A DNA stretch of 51,433 nucleotides from Oscillospiraceae bacterium (GTDB lineage Bacteria; Bacillota; Clostridia; Oscillospirales; Ruminococcaceae), in NCBI GenBank assembly GCA_029062865.1, contig JAIDPG010000234.1, forward strand, positions 1 through 51,433, given 5' to 3'. Shown here one piece after another: positions 28,285 to 38,222 of the stretch. Below the pieces are notes generated by a model. That model was not told where the DNA came from. It was given only the letters and a program-made list of their open reading frames with translations, and ran no database searches. How positions within the stretch are numbered: position 1 is the first letter of the stretch; each line of letters opens with the position of its first letter. Made by a program: the position numbers and the translations under genes.

Positions 28285-31200
28285 ATGGGGAGCATTTCAA
28301 GGAAAATAACATATTTCGGAAAAAGGCTTGCGGCGGCGCTTTTGGCGGCGGCTTTGCTGATCATGCCGAGCTTTTCCGCGTTTGCGGCGGCTTCAGACGA
28401 GGTCAAGTCAAACAACCGCACCGTAAGGGCGGGCATTTTCGCGTTTGACGGCTATCACATGAAGGACGAAAACGGCACGCTGACGGGCTACGGCATTGAT
28501 TTCCTTAATCTGGTATCGGAATACTCGCGGCTGAATTTTCAATACACGGGCTATGATAGAGCCTGGGGCGATATGCTGGATATGCTCGAAAGCGGTGACA
28601 TAGACGTTGTGACCTCCGCGCGCCGCACGCCCGACCGCGAGGAGCGCTTCGCGTTTTCGCTGCCTATCGGGCGCAACAGCACGATTTTGTCTATCAGGGT
28701 GAACAACACCAAGCTTCACCGCGGCAATTACAAAACCTACAACAATATGCTCGTCGGGCAGATCCCCGGCAGCAGTCAGAACGAGAGCCTCGCGGAGTTC
28801 GCCGAGGAAAACAGCTTTACCTACCGAGTGAAGGAATATGCCGACACCGAGGAGCTCGCGGCGGCTTTGCAAAGCGGCGAGGTCGACGCTATTTTGTCAA
28901 GCGATCTGAGGAAATCCGAGAACGAGAAGACGCTTGACATCATCGAGGAAGCGGATTTCTACGCGATCGTAAGAAAGAATGACACGGCGCTTCTTGACGA
29001 GATAAACTACGCTATCGAGCAAATGGATATCAACGAGGGTGACTGGAAAAACACGCTGTTTTACAGGCATTACGGACCCGTTTATTCCTCCGCGCTGTCG
29101 TTTACGGAGCGCGAGCTTGAGTACATCGACAAGGTGAAATCGGGTGAGAAGAAGATAACCGTTACCGCGATGAACGACAGAGCGCCGTATTCCTATGTCG
29201 AGAACGGCGAGCTGAAAGGCATTCTCGTTGATTATTTCGCGTCGGCAATGGAGCTTGCGGGGCTGCCTTATGAGATCGTCATCCCCGAAAGTCATGATGA
29301 CTATCACAAAATCGCCGAAACGAACGGCGTAAGCGTCGTGATCGACAACATCACCGACGGAAGCGCGGGCTCGAGCATCGTCGAGAACGCGGTCTATCGA
29401 GGCTTCAGCACCGAAAGCTATACGACCGTAAGAATAGCGCGCGTTGTAAGACTGGATCATTCCGGGGAGATAAAGACCGCCGCCGTCGCGAAATCGCAGG
29501 GCAGGGAATACCTCTCGCCGGAGCTTCTGGAGGGCTGCGAGGTCGTAAACTACGCGTCGGGAGAAGAGGCGCTGCAAGCCGTGCTCGACCGTAAGGCGGA
29601 CGTTGCGTATGTCTACGCGTTTTCCGCGCAGCTTTTCGTGAACCACGACGCGACAAACTCCCTCAACTATAATATCTTAAGCGGAATGACCGCGCGGCTT
29701 AATATGTACGTAAGCATCGACACCGACCACGAATTGCTGACTATCCTCAACAAATGCATAAAGCAGACCCCCGGCGACACGCTTAATCAGCTCGCAATGG
29801 ACTACACGACGTACACGATCGGCGATATGAGCATCTGGCAGTATATGAAGGCGAACCCCGCGATTATGCTGGCGGCGTTCTTTGTTGTGGCGTTTATCGT
29901 CTGCGTTATCGTCGGGCTTGCTTTGCGGGCGCGGTGGAACAAAAAGCTGCTGCTTACTACCGAGCAGTCCAACAAGAAAATGTCCGAGCAGCTTGCGATC
30001 GTTGAGGCGCTGAGCCGCGATTACACGAACGTTTACTCGGTGAGCGAGGAGCGCGCGACGGCGCGTATAATCAAGCTCGAGGGCTACGTAACCGAGGGCT
30101 TGAAGAAGGACTCCACCGCCGAGCACGACTACACCGCCATTCTCGAAAAGTACATCAAATCGCGCGTTCACGAGGAGGACCGCGAGGAGCTTCTGCGCGA
30201 TCTTTCGCTGGACGTTATCCGCGAGAAGCTGGAGGAGAACGGGGAGCTTTTCGGAAGCTACCGCATTGTCGACGACGACGGCGAAATCCACCATTTCCAG
30301 TACACGTATCTCAAAATAAAGGGCAGCGACAACGCCCACAGCGACTTTATCCTCGCGGGCTTCAGAAACATCGACGAGGTTATGCGCAAGGAGCAGGAGC
30401 AGAAGGAAATTCTCTCCGAGGCGCTTGAACGGGCGCAGTACGCGAACAACGCCAAAACGACGTTCCTTAACAATATGTCCCACGACATCAGAACGCCGAT
30501 GAACGCGATTATCGGCTTTACGTCGCTCGCGACGACGCATATTGACAACAAGGAGCAGGTGAGCGGTTATTTAAGCAAGATTATGACCTCGGGAAATCAC
30601 CTGCTGAGCCTTATCAACGACGTTCTGGATATGAGCCGCATCGAAAGCGGCAAGGTGAAGATCGAGGAAAAGGAAACGAGCCTCCCCGAGATTATGCACG
30701 ACCTCAAAACGATCGTCCAGGCGGACGTGAAGTCAAAGCAGCTTGAGTTCTACATTGATTCGCTTGACGTTACAAACGAGACGATAATCTGCGATAAATT
30801 GCGGCTTAATCAGGTGCTGCTGAATATCCTGAGCAACGCGATGAAATACACAAAGCCCGGTGGCATGGTGAGCGTCCGCGTTATTCAGACCGCCGAGGCG
30901 GAGGACGGCTTCGCGTCGTTCGAGTTCCGCGTTAAGGACACGGGCATCGGCATGAGCCCCGAGTTCTTAAAGCACGTGTTCGAGCCGTTCGAGCGCGAGC
31001 AGACCTCTACCGTCAGCGGAATTCAGGGCACGGGCTTGGGGCTTACGATAACGAAAAATATTGTCGATATGATGGGCGGCACGATAACGGTGACAAGCGA
31101 AGAGGGCAAGGGCTCGGAGTTTGTCGTGGACTTTAAGTTCCGCGTTGCGGAAGCTGCCGAGGAGCCGCAGACGGTTGAGGAGCTTGCCGGCACGCGGGCG

Positions 31201-31992
31201 CTTGTCGTCGACGATGACGTGAACACCTGCGTCAGCGTAAGCAAAATGCTCTCCGCGTTTGGACTTCACCCCGACTGGACGACGCTCGGCAGCGAGGCGG
31301 TCATTCGCACGGAGTTCGCGATAGAGCAAAACGAGCCGTTCGGCGTGTATATCATCGACTGGCTTATGCCCGATATGAACGGCATAGAGCTCGCGAGAAG
31401 GCTTCGCCGCGTCATCGGCGATGCCGCGCCGATAATTATCCTCTCCGCGTATGACTGGTCGGACATCGAGATCGAGGCGAGAGAAGCGGGCGTAACGGCG
31501 TTCTGCTCCAAGCCGATCTTCGCTTCGGAGCTCAGAAATATCCTCGCGGCGCCGTTTACCGAGCACTCTAAAAAGGAAGAGCCCGAAGAACCCGAGCCGA
31601 ACTTCGAGGGCAGGCGGCTTCTTCTCGTTGAGGACAACGAGCTCAACCAAGAGATCGCGCAGACTATTCTCGAGGGCGCGGGCTTTGTGATCGACACGGC
31701 GGACGACGGAAGCGTCGCCGTGGAGCGCATGAAGGAAATGCCCGCGGACACCTACGACGCTATACTGATGGACGTTCAGATGCCGATCATGAACGGCTAT
31801 CAGGCGACAAGAGCGATCCGCGCGCTTGACGACCCGATCAAAGCCGCGAAGCCGATAATCGCGATGACAGCAAACGCGTTAGAGGAGGACAGAAAGGAAG
31901 CGATGGAATCCGGCATGAACGGCTACGTTCCGAAGCCTATCGACATTCCCACGCTTATGAAAACGCTTGACGAAATCATAAACAAAAAGTGA
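28285..31992 (+). CDS. Membrane hybrid histidine kinase with two extracellular solute-binding domains, a PAS-like region and two receivers
   Basis: Signal peptide, GYGIDFL..LESGDID (SBP type 3), FLNNMSHDIRTP, GTGLGL, DWLMP and DVQMP. Confidence 0.92.
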   Translation: MGSISRKITYFGKRLAAALLAAALLIMPSFSAFAAASDEVKSNNRTVRAGIFAFDGYHMKDENGTLTGYGIDFLNLVSEYSRLNFQYTGYDRAWGDMLDMLESGDIDVVTSARRTPDREERFAFSLPIGRNSTILSIRVNNTKLHRGNYKTYNNMLVGQIPGSSQNESLAEFAEENSFTYRVKEYADTEELAAALQSGEVDAILSSDLRKSENEKTLDIIEEADFYAIVRKNDTALLDEINYAIEQMDINEGDWKNTLFYRHYGPVYSSALSFTERELEYIDKVKSGEKKITVTAMNDRAPYSYVENGELKGILVDYFASAMELAGLPYEIVIPESHDDYHKIAETNGVSVVIDNITDGSAGSSIVENAVYRGFSTESYTTVRIARVVRLDHSGEIKTAAVAKSQGREYLSPELLEGCEVVNYASGEEALQAVLDRKADVAYVYAFSAQLFVNHDATNSLNYNILSGMTARLNMYVSIDTDHELLTILNKCIKQTPGDTLNQLAMDYTTYTIGDMSIWQYMKANPAIMLAAFFVVAFIVCVIVGLALRARWNKKLLLTTEQSNKKMSEQLAIVEALSRDYTNVYSVSEERATARIIKLEGYVTEGLKKDSTAEHDYTAILEKYIKSRVHEEDREELLRDLSLDVIREKLEENGELFGSYRIVDDDGEIHHFQYTYLKIKGSDNAHSDFILAGFRNIDEVMRKEQEQKEILSEALERAQYANNAKTTFLNNMSHDIRTPMNAIIGFTSLATTHIDNKEQVSGYLSKIMTSGNHLLSLINDVLDMSRIESGKVKIEEKETSLPEIMHDLKTIVQADVKSKQLEFYIDSLDVTNETIICDKLRLNQVLLNILSNAMKYTKPGGMVSVRVIQTAEAEDGFASFEFRVKDTGIGMSPEFLKHVFEPFEREQTSTVSGIQGTGLGLTITKNIVDMMGGTITVTSEEGKGSEFVVDFKFRVAEAAEEPQTVEELAGTRALVVDDDVNTCVSVSKMLSAFGLHPDWTTLGSEAVIRTEFAIEQNEPFGVYIIDWLMPDMNGIELARRLRRVIGDAAPIIILSAYDWSDIEIEAREAGVTAFCSKPIFASELRNILAAPFTEHSKKEEPEEPEPNFEGRRLLLVEDNELNQEIAQTILEGAGFVIDTADDGSVAVERMKEMPADTYDAILMDVQMPIMNGYQATRAIRALDDPIKAAKPIIAMTANALEEDRKEAMESGMNGYVPKPIDIPTLMKTLDEIINKK

Positions 31993-32762
31993 AAGAAGAT
32001 GAAAAATCAGTGCCCAAAACGCATTTTATACTTTGCGACGACAACGCGGACGATCTGGAATCGCTCCGCGAGTCGGTTGAGGATTATATCGCGAGCCGCG
32101 GAATTTCCGGAGAGACACTCTGCTTTTCATCTCCGGAGGAGCTGCTGAAATTCTCCGAGCAAAAGCTCGACGGCAAGGAGGTTTATCTTCTGGATGTTGT
32201 AATGCCGGAGGTTGACGGAATAGATCTCGGCAGGAAGCTCCGCGAGCGCGGCGCGAATTCCGCGGTGATCTACACCAGCACGTCAAAGGAATATGCGCTG
32301 GACGCGTTTGAGGTGCACGCGTTTTCGTATCTGATAAAGCCGTTTTCAAGCGAGAAGCTGTTTGCGGAGCTTGACGGCTGCTTAGGTCAGATAACGCCGC
32401 CTTCTCAGACGATCTCCGTGAAAACCGTGGGCGGCATCGTCGGCGTGGACGCGGCGGAGATAATCGCAGTGGAGTACTACGCGCACCGCCTGACGTTCCA
32501 CTTTAAAAACGGCAAAACGCTTGATACGGTTTACAAAAAACAGCCGTTTAACGTCCAAGCGGAGGAGCTTATCAAAACGGGCTATTTCGTGCGCGTTTCG
32601 GCGAGTTATCTGGTAAATATTAAAAAAATCCGCGGGCTGAAAACCGACGAGTTTATAATGTGCGACGGCTCGCGCTATAAGATCACGAGAAAATTCAGCG
32701 CCGCGCGGCGGCAGTATATCGAGGGTGAAATGCAAAACGGAGATAACGGGGTGAGAAAATGA
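31989..32762 (+). CDS. LytTR-family response regulator
   Basis: LCDD, LLDVVMP, LIKP, FVRVSASYLVN. Confidence 0.88.
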   Translation: MKEDEKSVPKTHFILCDDNADDLESLRESVEDYIASRGISGETLCFSSPEELLKFSEQKLDGKEVYLLDVVMPEVDGIDLGRKLRERGANSAVIYTSTSKEYALDAFEVHAFSYLIKPFSSEKLFAELDGCLGQITPPSQTISVKTVGGIVGVDAAEIIAVEYYAHRLTFHFKNGKTLDTVYKKQPFNVQAEELIKTGYFVRVSASYLVNIKKIRGLKTDEFIMCDGSRYKITRKFSAARRQYIEGEMQNGDNGVRK

Positions 32763-34837
32763 TTACGGAAATTTCGAGATATGTTTCCGAGGCGGCGTTT
32801 TTCGGCTTGTATGTTTTCTTCTGCCTCACGCTGTTAAAACCGCGTTTTTCGCGGAAGGTGTGCGTGCCCGTATACATCGCAGTCGTGCTATGTTCCTGCG
32901 CCGCAGCGGCGATTCTCACGCTGAACGGCAAGGGAATGGCGGCGCTTACTTTAATGCCGCTTATCGCGTATCTGCCGTTTTCGATCTGCGCGTTTGTTCT
33001 TTCCGAGGGAGGAATCTCGGAGGGGCTCGCGGCATTTTCGTTGGCGTCGCTGGCTTCGCTTGCCGCAAGCCGTATCAGAATGGCTTTTCTGATGTCAACG
33101 CTGTTCATTCCCGCGAACATAAGCGCGATCATTGAGATCGCTTTGGTGCTTTTGCTGGCGCTTCTCGGCGCAGACGTGGCGCTGCGGTATATCCGCGCGC
33201 CGTTCAGGACCTGCATGAGCGGCATAAATTTAAGCGAGCGGCGGCACTTGGCGCTGCTGCTTCCCGTTTCCGCTTTTTTCCTGATGATCTTCATTAACTT
33301 CAACAGCAGCGATTCGGATATCGCCGTGCTGATAACGGTAATAACGGCGCTGGCGTTTTTCATCATCGCTTCGCGGCTGCTTATTTACTCCGCGAAGATC
33401 GCCGAGGCTGACGCGCGGGAAAAGCTCCTCGCCGAGAGCCTGGAGCAGCAGAAGAAAAGCTTCGACAGCCTTTTGCAAAGCGTCGACGCGGGGCGGTTTT
33501 ATCGCCACGATATGCGGCATCACCTGAATGTTCTGAGCGGCATGGCGCGGCGGGACAACTCAAGCGAGATCGTTGATTACATCGAATCGCTTAACGGCAC
33601 CGCCCAGGCGGCGTCCTCCGAGCTTATCTGCAAAAACCCCGCGATTAACGCCCTGCTTGCGGACTACATCACCCGCGCCGAGAAGCTCTCCTGCCACGTG
33701 AAGACCTCTGTCAATGTGCCGGAGGAGCTGCCGTTCGAGCTCCCGGATATATGCGTGATCTTCGCGAACGCGTTTGAAAACGCGCTTATCGCGTGCGAAA
33801 AGTGCCCCGAAAACGAGCGTTATATCGACATCCTTGCCGAGTATTCCGACGACAGCAAGCTGAAAATCTCCGTCAAGAACTCCTGCGCCGAGGCGGTAGA
33901 GCTCGACAGCGAGGGGCTGCCCGTGATCAAGCCGCGCGATGACGGTCATGGATTGGGGCTCAGGAGCGTCAAAAAAACCGTCGAGAAGTACGACGGCTTC
34001 ATCTGCTGTAAATACGAAAACAGCGAGTTCCACTTCTGCGCCGAGATTTTCCGCGCTCTCCTTTCCGATAATAACGAAAGCTCCAAAAAGGACGAGGCTT
34101 ACGTGCGTGTACAAAAAAGCTCAAAGGCGGCTTCGGCGGCTTTGGCGTTTGTCGTCTGCGCGCTCGGAATTGTGAATTTCTCCCCCGACACCGCCACGGC
34201 GCTTTCCGATGTGTTCTCGATAAGGCTCAAAACGCTGAGCTACGGCTGGGGCAGCACCCGCCTGAACGTCAAGTATCCGGAATTCACGGGTGAAAGCTCC
34301 CCCGATTCAAATATCGCGAATGCCGCGGAAATCGCGAACAGCGCCGCGCGGGATTTCGTTGCGGAGGCGCAGGCTATCTTCCACGAATACGCGCTTCAGA
34401 AATACGAGGGCTATGTCGCGCTGGACGCGGGCTATCGCGTTTACATCGACGACAATGCGCTTCTGTCCGCGCGGTTCTTCGGCACGCTGAACGCGGGCGG
34501 CTCGGCGGATTTCAGCCGTTGCGTTGTTATCAACAAGACGACGGGCGAACAACTTTCGCTCGGCGATCTGTTCCCCGACGATTATGACTACATTGCCGAA
34601 ATAAGCGCGGAGGTTCTGCGGCAAATGGAATTCCGCGTGGAATATCAGGACGCGAGCTATTTCATCCCCGGCGGCATCTGGAGCGACGACGAGTGCTTCA
34701 AGGAAATCTCCCCGGAGCAGGAGTTCTACATCGACGCAAACGGGCAGCTTGTCATCGTTTTTGACGAATACACCGTCGCCGCGGGCAGCGAGGGCTCACC
34801 GGAATTCATAATGCCCGCCGAGCTGTTCACGTGGTAA
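32759..34837 (+). CDS. GHKL histidine kinase fused to a TM helix and an RsiV-like (DUF3298) domain
   Basis: YRHDMRHHL, FANAFENA and HGLGL, then a hydrophobic helix and TGEQLSLGDLF...FYIDANGQLVIVFDEYTVAAGSEGSPEF. Confidence 0.82.
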   Translation: MITEISRYVSEAAFFGLYVFFCLTLLKPRFSRKVCVPVYIAVVLCSCAAAAILTLNGKGMAALTLMPLIAYLPFSICAFVLSEGGISEGLAAFSLASLASLAASRIRMAFLMSTLFIPANISAIIEIALVLLLALLGADVALRYIRAPFRTCMSGINLSERRHLALLLPVSAFFLMIFINFNSSDSDIAVLITVITALAFFIIASRLLIYSAKIAEADAREKLLAESLEQQKKSFDSLLQSVDAGRFYRHDMRHHLNVLSGMARRDNSSEIVDYIESLNGTAQAASSELICKNPAINALLADYITRAEKLSCHVKTSVNVPEELPFELPDICVIFANAFENALIACEKCPENERYIDILAEYSDDSKLKISVKNSCAEAVELDSEGLPVIKPRDDGHGLGLRSVKKTVEKYDGFICCKYENSEFHFCAEIFRALLSDNNESSKKDEAYVRVQKSSKAASAALAFVVCALGIVNFSPDTATALSDVFSIRLKTLSYGWGSTRLNVKYPEFTGESSPDSNIANAAEIANSAARDFVAEAQAIFHEYALQKYEGYVALDAGYRVYIDDNALLSARFFGTLNAGGSADFSRCVVINKTTGEQLSLGDLFPDDYDYIAEISAEVLRQMEFRVEYQDASYFIPGGIWSDDECFKEISPEQEFYIDANGQLVIVFDEYTVAAGSEGSPEFIMPAELFTW

Positions 34838-34874
34838 AAAACGCCGAAAAATTCGCCGAAAATTCGTGTCAATA

Positions 34875-34944
34875 TGTCAAATAAGCGCTTTTTTTGTCAT
34901 TTAAGCGCTTTTGACTTGACAAATTCCGAAAAAACTGCTATAAT
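34875..34944 (+). promoter_or_regulatory. Direct repeat plus sigmaA promoter upstream of cheY
   Basis: tgtcaaataagcgcttt(34875) and tgtcatttaagcgcttt(34895), then TTGACA(34916)-17-TATAAT(34939). Confidence 0.7.
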
Positions 34945-35037
34945 GTAGTGTACGTGAAAATAATCGGTCATTATTAAAACCCGCGTAATACGGTCTCCGT
35001 TGTGGGATCAAGACTTAAACGGAATGGTTGGTATCGA

Positions 35038-35400
35038 ATGAGTAACAAAATTTTGATAGTTGACGACGCCGCTTTTATGCGTATGCTGATACGCGATACG
35101 CTTAAAAAGAACGGCTATACGGATATAGTTGAGGCAAGCGACGGCGAGGCGGCGTGCGAAACCTACGCCGCGGAAAAGCCCGACCTTGTTATTATGGACA
35201 TCACAATGCCGAAGAAAATGGGTATTGACGCGCTGCGCGAGATAAAAGAAAGCGACCCTGCCGCCAAGGTGATCATGTGCTCGGCAATGGGGCAGGAGCT
35301 TATCGTTGTGGACTGCCTTAAGGTCGGGGCGCTGGACTTTATTGTCAAGCCGTTCAAAGCCGACAGGATTATACAGACGGTAAAGAAATATCTGGGATAA
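35038..35400 (+). CDS. cheY: Chemotaxis-type single-domain response regulator
   Basis: ILIVDDAAFMRM, MDITMP, IMCSAMGQ and DFIVKPF are typical of Firmicutes CheY. Confidence 0.88.
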   Translation: MSNKILIVDDAAFMRMLIRDTLKKNGYTDIVEASDGEAACETYAAEKPDLVIMDITMPKKMGIDALREIKESDPAAKVIMCSAMGQELIVVDCLKVGALDFIVKPFKADRIIQTVKKYLG

Positions 35401-35401
35401 C

Positions 35402-35437
35402 AAAAAACCTGCGCGAATTCGCGCAGGTTTTCTTTTT
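35402..35437. terminator. Bidirectional terminator
   Basis: aaaacctgcgcgaa/ttcgcgcaggtttt between convergent genes. Confidence 0.75.
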
Positions 35438-35454
35438 GAGATACTGAACAGGCT

Positions 35455-36306
35455 TTAGGCACAGCGGCAATTCCCGCAGATGACAACCTCCCCGCGTGAG
35501 TTCTCGTCGTCGCGGATAAGCTCCCCGACGGACGGCGCGCAGATCTTTCCGGAAAGCGGGTTTTTCACGCTGTCGATATGCGTTGTAACGCACGCCTCGA
35601 CCTCGGACTTCTCAAACGCCAGCTCCGCGTCGATCATTTCGCACTCCGCAAGCTTCAATCCCTTGCAGTAGCAAAGCGGCTGCGTGCCGATTATTTTGCA
35701 CCGCTCGAACGTCACGTTTTCGCAATACCAAGCCAGATACTCGCCCTTGACGACGGAGTTTCTGACGATCACGTTTTTCGCGTGCCAGAACGCGTCCTTC
35801 GTGTCAAAAACGCAATCCTCAAACAGGCAGTTTTCGATATACTGAAACGAATATTTTCCCGTAAAATTCACGTTTGTGAAATTCAAATCGCTTGAGCGCA
35901 TCATAAAATACTCGCTTTCGGCGGCGCAGTCGGACATTGTAAGCCCCTTCACCGACCAGCCGAATTCCGGAGAAACGATCTCGCAATTCCGCATTACAAC
36001 GTCCGAGCACTCGCGGAGCGCCTTTATTCCGTGCAGTTTTGTGTTCTCGATCACGATATCGCGCGAATACCAAAGTGCCGCGCGGCAATTTTCCGTCATC
36101 TCCGAGCCGCTGATCTTAAGCCCCTCGTTGTGCCAGAACGGATAGCGCAGATTGAAAAAGCAGTTTTCCGCCGTGACGTTTTTACATTCCTTGAAGGCGC
36201 TCTCGCCGTCCGCGGGACCGTCGATCCTGCAATTCCGCGCGACAATATCGCGCTCGCCATACAGCGCACGCTCCTCGTCAAAAACCATATCGGTTATCGT
36301 TTTCAT
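35455..36306 (-). CDS. DUF3737-family beta-helix protein
   Basis: ERALY, GESAFKE, LRYPFWH, GKYSFQY, TKDAFW, GEYLAW and GTQPLCY. Confidence 0.85.
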   Translation of the reverse strand: MKTITDMVFDEERALYGERDIVARNCRIDGPADGESAFKECKNVTAENCFFNLRYPFWHNEGLKISGSEMTENCRAALWYSRDIVIENTKLHGIKALRECSDVVMRNCEIVSPEFGWSVKGLTMSDCAAESEYFMMRSSDLNFTNVNFTGKYSFQYIENCLFEDCVFDTKDAFWHAKNVIVRNSVVKGEYLAWYCENVTFERCKIIGTQPLCYCKGLKLAECEMIDAELAFEKSEVEACVTTHIDSVKNPLSGKICAPSVGELIRDDENSRGEVVICGNCRCA

Positions 36307-36430
36307 AACAAGCACCTCTTTATTGCATAAGCGAAATTTGCCGTTTCTATTATAGCAGAATTATTGGGATTTGTCAAGTATTTTAGCCTGTTCGAGCTTT
36401 GAACAGGCTTGTGTGGAAATGTGATTAAGT

Positions 36431-37387
36431 TTATGCCAAAGAATCCAGCCACTTATCAACATCGTCAATATCTATCCAGCCGCTTGAAATGACGGGTTCA
36501 TCGGTAATTTGGGTTAATATTTCGAAAACCCTGGACTTTATCTGTTCATATTCCCGCCTGCTAACCAAATAGTTTTCTCCGGGGGGATATGCAGGAATGT
36601 GGTTGCCTTCATCATTTATATAATCGTTGATCTCAAAGGCTGCTAAATCCAATACCCGTTTTGAAACAAGGTACGCCTCGTATAAACCCGAATCCTCGTA
36701 GTAAAACATAGCGGCGAGTTCTTCGGGATTTTTCCAGCATTGTTTTTCACTATCCCAATCCCGGTTGTTATACCGCACAAAATACGTGTGGGTATTGTTG
36801 ACAAAATCTAATGCGTCGCTATTTTGATATTCGGCAAGATCGGGGGCAGCCTCGTCCTCGAGGGGGTGAAGTTTTTCTATTCCCATTGCCGTTTCATCTT
36901 CCCAAATTGCGTAAACAAATTCGCCATCAGTATAGAAAGCATCGTGAACGCCATAGAATTCTCCTAAATAAATAGGTTCATCATTCTCATCTGTGGTGAA
37001 AGAGTGTTCGTGAGTAACAGACGGTCGTTTTTTCCTAATTGCAATTATCATCTCCGGATTTTCATTGCCGTAAACGTTCCGAAGCGTGATCGCGCACTCG
37101 TCTCCGTTCAAAAAGCCGCTGCTTATTTCGGAGCGAGCAAATTTGATATAACCCTTCAGCGCGCTCTGTTCACTGCTGAAATCAACAGTTTTCAAATTCC
37201 GAGCCTCGCTTGAAAAAGTAGGATCATTCTCGTGAGCGGCTTCGCTTTGTACAAGATCATCGCTCGAAAACGACAAATCCGAAGCGGGAGTGTTTTCTTC
37301 GTCGATCGCGCTTCCGCTTTTACAGCCCGACAAGCATATCGACAAAGTCAAAAACAGTATAGCGATAATTTTTGTTGAATGTCTCAT
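36431..37387 (-). CDS. Hypothetical lipoprotein
   Basis: Lipobox LSGC after a hydrophobic stretch; acidic mature region. Confidence 0.7.
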   Translation of the reverse strand: MRHSTKIIAILFLTLSICLSGCKSGSAIDEENTPASDLSFSSDDLVQSEAAHENDPTFSSEARNLKTVDFSSEQSALKGYIKFARSEISSGFLNGDECAITLRNVYGNENPEMIIAIRKKRPSVTHEHSFTTDENDEPIYLGEFYGVHDAFYTDGEFVYAIWEDETAMGIEKLHPLEDEAAPDLAEYQNSDALDFVNNTHTYFVRYNNRDWDSEKQCWKNPEELAAMFYYEDSGLYEAYLVSKRVLDLAAFEINDYINDEGNHIPAYPPGENYLVSRREYEQIKSRVFEILTQITDEPVISSGWIDIDDVDKWLDSLA

Positions 37388-37541
37388 ACGCAAATCCTTT
37401 CGGTCGCTCTATATCACGCTTTTCTAAATTATAGCATAAAGCAAGGCTGTTGTCAATCGTTTTTGCTTTATCCCGCTTGAAAAAAGAGAAAACATATGTT
37501 ATAATTATTATAAATAATACAACAAAAAACGGGAGGACACA

Positions 37542-38222
37542 ATGCTTGCTAACATTTTGCTTGTGGAGGACGACAGGACGCTCGCGGAAAATCTTGTGAA
37601 GTATCTTCGCACGGAGGACTTTTCCGTCGTCCACGCGTTCGGGCAGACGGACGGGCTCAAGGCGTTTGAGGACGGCGAGTTCGACTGCGTTCTGCTGGAT
37701 ATTTCGCTCGGCGACGGCAACGGCTTTTCGATCTGCTCCGAAATTAAGAAAACGCGTGACGTTCCCGTCATTTTCCTCACAGCCTCCGCCGATGAGGGCT
37801 GCACGGTCGCGGGGTTCGAGGTCGGCGCGGACGACTATATCGGCAAGCCGTTCCGCCCGCGGGAGCTTGTCGCGCGGATAAAAAACGCGATGCGAAAGCG
37901 CGGAGCCTCACCGGCGCAACCGCTTCAATGCAAAAACGTCTGCGTCGACCCCGTAAAAGGGATCGTCACGAAAAACGGCGAGGAGATCTCGATGTCCGCG
38001 CTGGAATACCGCCTTTTGCTGCTGTTTTTCACGAACAAGGGAATTCTGCTGTCGCGCGACAGAATTGCGGACGAGCTCTGGACTATTTCGGGCGAGTTTG
38101 TTGAGGACAACACGCTGAACGTCTATATCAAGCGAATTCGCGATAAAATAGAGGACGACCCTCAAAAGCCGCAGATCCTTAAAACCGTGCGCGGCTTGGG
38201 CTATAAGGCGGTGGACGAATGA
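37542..38222 (+). CDS. OmpR-family response regulator
   Basis: ILLVEDD, GADDYIGKPF, NTLNVYIKRIRDKI, TVRGLGY. Confidence 0.93.
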   Translation: MLANILLVEDDRTLAENLVKYLRTEDFSVVHAFGQTDGLKAFEDGEFDCVLLDISLGDGNGFSICSEIKKTRDVPVIFLTASADEGCTVAGFEVGADDYIGKPFRPRELVARIKNAMRKRGASPAQPLQCKNVCVDPVKGIVTKNGEEISMSALEYRLLLLFFTNKGILLSRDRIADELWTISGEFVEDNTLNVYIKRIRDKIEDDPQKPQILKTVRGLGYKAVDE

